In this document: piece by piece, positions 39,610-43,003 of the stretch | Layout: the number at the start of each line of letters is the position of its first letter | How positions within the stretch are numbered: the first letter of the stretch is position 1 | DNA from: an uncultured Candidatus Saccharibacteria bacterium | GTDB lineage: Bacteria; Patescibacteriota; Dojkabacteria; SC72; JAFGCJ01 | Assembly: GCA_964508755.1 (NCBI GenBank) | Contig: CAZDUZ010000002.1 | Coordinates: 3,395 to 46,397 of the forward strand | DNA: 43,003 bases | Direction: 5' to 3' | Program-made: the position numbers and the translations under genes | Notes under the pieces: model-generated | Database searches by the model: none | What the model saw: the letters and a program-made list of their open reading frames with translations, nothing else | What the model was told of the DNA's origin: nothing

Positions 39610-42600
39610 ATGAAACATAACACAAAAAATCATTCTCATTCTTCGTACGCTCGTCGAAATTTCTTTATTCTCATAGCTCTTCTCCTCTTCGTTACTATTG
39701 CAGCCCTTTCTGTCATTTATTATTATGCGTCTCTTCCCGTTCAATCACTTCATATTTCCAACGTTACTCCAAACTCAGCCACTATTGTTTGGACAACCTC
39801 AGTCCCGACGGTGGGAGGAATTACAATTACAGAAAAAGGTGAGAAAACGAGTTTTGTATCTTCACTCTGGCAAATGGTACAAAATTCTAGATTGTTTGCT
39901 GATACGAGAGATGTAACTGAAGTATCTCCTGGAGTATATGAGCGTCAGACACGAACAAGCCGTTATACCCATCATGTAACGGTCATAAATCTGGAACCCG
40001 ATACCGAGTATTCATTTAGGCCCGTTCACACGCTAACCGTGGCGAAAGAATCGGAATTGTTTTCATTCAAAACCGCGATTGATTCATCAAATCTTTCTGA
40101 ACCTAAGCCAGTGTACGGTACGATTGAATTTGATAACGAAGTAGATTTCAATGATGTCGTATTGATGGCTCAAGTTGTTGAACGCAACACGCGTGAACTA
40201 GAAATGGAAAAAAGTCAAAGAGTAAGCGTACCTCTTTCAAAAGGCACCTTTGTTCTCGATGTCGGCAATCTTCGGAACGATTCACTAGAGGATGAGTATC
40301 CAAGTCTTCTTGGAAATGAAGACGAATACACGTTAAATTTTCTTGTATTAACTAAGGATGGTCAGTTCCCCTACCTAGTAACCGATACTGAATTCCAACC
40401 GCTCAATACGATTGTAATTGATGGTGTTCGTACTGAGACATCATCCAGAAATCCTCTTGTTACCCCTGTATATGCAAAATGTGACAGTACCTGTGTGGGA
40501 GACTGCCAAGGATGTAACCTTGATACACCAAGTGATCCGTTGTGTAAGACGTATGGATGCGGATATATGAGCTGGTGTTGCGGTTATCAGAGTGCTTGTG
40601 CGAATCACTGTAGTAATGGAAAACAAGACTGTGATGAGACAGGGGTAGATTGCGGAGGAGGTGGATGTGCTACTTGTGGTGGTGGAAGACCTGAAACAAG
40701 CGGAGAATGCGCAGGTCAATGTAAAAGATATGATGGAAATGGATGTACCCCAAAAAATCCAGTTAGTGGAACCTGCGAATGTGCAGTGAATGGAAAAAAG
40801 GATGCCGATGAAACAGCTATGGACTGTGGTGGCGCCTATTGTCCTGCTTGTACCAATGCCGGATCACACTGCTTCAATAGAGTTCAAGATCAGGGTGAAG
40901 AAGGAGTCGACTGTGGTGGAGATTGTGCAGGTTCCTGTTCGAGATCCGCACCACAACCGGTTGGGAAAAAATGTACCAACGAGGGTGAAATCTTTACCTG
41001 TTCAGATCGTACTGATTGGGAGTGTTGGTGTTTGAATGGCCAAGTTGCTACCTATCACCGTAAAGGAGTTTCTGTCATTTCGAAATCACAACCCAGCCGT
41101 GTCTATCGCGAAGGATTAGTAAAATTTCGTACCAATTCAAAATTTGGAGTTCATACCGGTGTCGGACCGGGGATAGCTAACTATGGATATCTAGTAGATC
41201 AGGGAAACGTTGGATATATCATGAATGTTATAACTGATCCCGGCCAACTTGAAGCACTCATTAACGAGTATCGCAATTTGCCTGACGGGGTAGTACCTAT
41301 TGTTCGTTTTTGTCATGCAGAGCAGACAAACAGTTGTCCTTTTACTGACCCTGCAGCCGCTGAGGCATTTTCAGAGGCACTCGCTCAGGCGGTAGGTAAA
41401 CCAGTTGCAATTATTTCCGGTCCGAATGAGCCCCTACAGGAACCTTGGACCGTTGCTGCGAATTATCCGCAATGTGCTGGAAAATCAGGGAACGAACTTG
41501 TTGCATGCAGTACCGCACAATGGATGAACGAATTTGTAGCACGTACTGGTGATACCTCAAACATAATAAAACTTTCTCCTGACTTCAACACCTCAGAACC
41601 AGCCTTCCTTGAGTTTGTAGCTCAAATGAAAGCTAATGGTGCTAATTTCCAAGCTCTTGATGGAGTAGCTGGAAACGCCTACGAAGGTGCAGGAGGTAAA
41701 ACTATCGCTCAGGCAATACAAGAACTTAAGGATCTCGGTTTTGATGAAATTTATATAACAGAAGCGGGTGTTGATCCAAATCTTCGAAGCTCAGATCCAG
41801 AGCAGTACCAAAGACTTCTATCCGCGATTGATCAAGTAGCAGATGATCCTCAACTAAAATCTCTATTGCTGTTTAATCCCCTTCCTGGTCTCTCACCAGA
41901 TCCCAATTTTGATAAGCATGAGTTTTCTCAAGATCAATACAACGCACTTGCCGCAGAAATGAGTGGTACCGGTCAGACCCAGACGTATACTGCAGCTCCG
42001 GGGTATGTGGTTGAGACAGCAAGCGGAGCAGCTTCTTCTGCACCATCAGGATTTTCTTGTAATCGTGGGACAAGGGTTACTGATGGTGGGGCTGTATGCT
42101 GTAGGGGAGAAAGAGATTTGAGTATATGTGTTGATAGTTCTGGAAACAGTTTTATTAAAACAGGTCTATCAATAGATGCTAGACATACCCAAATTCAAGT
42201 AGATAACCAAGGTCGTCCGTTCTCTGGTCCAGAAACTGATGATGGAAGACAGGATCTGGGAAATTTTAGTAATACTGCTTGTATTAGAAACCACGATTGG
42301 GGTAATGCAAGCACTCCTGAACATGAATGGATGTGCGTTCAGAAAGGCGGTGGAAGTGTTGGAGTCGGAGCTGGACAGGGATCTCTTTCGGGATTTCGAA
42401 CACTACTAAATCAAGTATTTGCTCAAAATCTAGACAAAGAATATGAACCGGGTGTCTACTCAGTTACTGGATTAAATGTAGAAATAACAACGAAAACAAT
42501 AGATGTTGTTTCACCTGGTGTCATAAGCTTTTATTATGATACCAATGAAAACGGGCAGAGAGATGAAGGAGAGGAGTATCTTACTGACGAACAAGCTCAG

Positions 42601-43003
42601 GCATTACAGGTAAATTTTGATAAAAAGGTAGACCTATATAATTATACAGTTAATACTGGTTGGAATTCATTTTCATTCCCAATGCTTATGTCAGATTCGT
42701 CGACTGCTCAAATTAAGACTGCTGCCGATCTGCTTACCTATATGAATGTCGTTGGGATTACGACTACTCATATAGCGGTGTATCGTGATCAGCAATTCGT
42801 GTTCTATTCTGAACGACTCGATGAAAATGGAGACCTTAAGATGTATGGTAGTGACTTTGGTATCCTTCCAGGTGAAGCGTACTTTGTGAAGGTGTATGAC
42901 TCAGGTACGTTTTCGATTGCGGGATATCGTCCGTCAGCTTCAATTCCCATTACCTTAAACTCAGGGTGGAATTTGGTAGGGATGTATTCATCGAAAAGCA
43001 ACG
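39610..43003 (+). CDS. Large modular surface protein (TM, FN3, Cys-rich repeats, clan-A GH domain, DxNxNG loop, GWN repeats); runs off the window end
   Basis: Not in ORF track; hand-translated from ATG 39610 with no stop found: ISNVTPNSATIVWTT...THHVTVINLEPDTEY, DCGG repeats, GPNEP, IYITEAG, DTNENGQRDEGE, GWNSFS/GWNLVG. Confidence 0.88.
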   Translation, partial: MKHNTKNHSHSSYARRNFFILIALLLFVTIAALSVIYYYASLPVQSLHISNVTPNSATIVWTTSVPTVGGITITEKGEKTSFVSSLWQMVQNSRLFADTRDVTEVSPGVYERQTRTSRYTHHVTVINLEPDTEYSFRPVHTLTVAKESELFSFKTAIDSSNLSEPKPVYGTIEFDNEVDFNDVVLMAQVVERNTRELEMEKSQRVSVPLSKGTFVLDVGNLRNDSLEDEYPSLLGNEDEYTLNFLVLTKDGQFPYLVTDTEFQPLNTIVIDGVRTETSSRNPLVTPVYAKCDSTCVGDCQGCNLDTPSDPLCKTYGCGYMSWCCGYQSACANHCSNGKQDCDETGVDCGGGGCATCGGGRPETSGECAGQCKRYDGNGCTPKNPVSGTCECAVNGKKDADETAMDCGGAYCPACTNAGSHCFNRVQDQGEEGVDCGGDCAGSCSRSAPQPVGKKCTNEGEIFTCSDRTDWECWCLNGQVATYHRKGVSVISKSQPSRVYREGLVKFRTNSKFGVHTGVGPGIANYGYLVDQGNVGYIMNVITDPGQLEALINEYRNLPDGVVPIVRFCHAEQTNSCPFTDPAAAEAFSEALAQAVGKPVAIISGPNEPLQEPWTVAANYPQCAGKSGNELVACSTAQWMNEFVARTGDTSNIIKLSPDFNTSEPAFLEFVAQMKANGANFQALDGVAGNAYEGAGGKTIAQAIQELKDLGFDEIYITEAGVDPNLRSSDPEQYQRLLSAIDQVADDPQLKSLLLFNPLPGLSPDPNFDKHEFSQDQYNALAAEMSGTGQTQTYTAAPGYVVETASGAASSAPSGFSCNRGTRVTDGGAVCCRGERDLSICVDSSGNSFIKTGLSIDARHTQIQVDNQGRPFSGPETDDGRQDLGNFSNTACIRNHDWGNASTPEHEWMCVQKGGGSVGVGAGQGSLSGFRTLLNQVFAQNLDKEYEPGVYSVTGLNVEITTKTIDVVSPGVISFYYDTNENGQRDEGEEYLTDEQAQALQVNFDKKVDLYNYTVNTGWNSFSFPMLMSDSSTAQIKTAADLLTYMNVVGITTTHIAVYRDQQFVFYSERLDENGDLKMYGSDFGILPGEAYFVKVYDSGTFSIAGYRPSASIPITLNSGWNLVGMYSSKSN
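40609..40938 (+). repeat. Three Cys-rich protein repeats
   Basis: CSNGKQDCDETGVDCGGGGCATC; CAVNGKKDADETAMDCGGAYCPAC; CFNRVQDQGEEGVDCGGDCAGSC. Confidence 0.85.

Overview
Ordinary chromosomal DNA (no phage, IS or CRISPR seen) from a small-genome bacterium. Gene content and style suggest Patescibacteria/CPR, possibly Dojkabacteria/Microgenomates-like (inference). TAA, TAG and TGA all end genes, so code 11. In order: partial class A PBP; a reduced dcw cluster (MraZ boxes, mraZ-rsmH-ftsL-ftsI) followed by a degenerate Mur-ligase-like gene and an ECF sigma; an anaerobic RNR operon with two tandem nrdD paralogs and one activase; AIM24; acetyltransferase; gatCAB; RRM protein; SDR; tRNA-Gln; uvrB; mutL; tRNA-Leu and tRNA-Val; a ~2370-codon Kelch/FN3 surface gene split by one in-frame TAG, with a MacB-type ABC system; nuclease; 5'-nucleotidase; HAD; acyltransferase; and a >1130-aa modular surface protein (FN3, Cys-rich repeats, clan-A glycoside hydrolase) missing from the ORF track. 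Best candidate for a new system: the nrdD pair, with a canonical copy lacking an ATP-cone and an ATP-cone copy with remodelled active-site motifs. All motif calls were made by eye; no searches were run.
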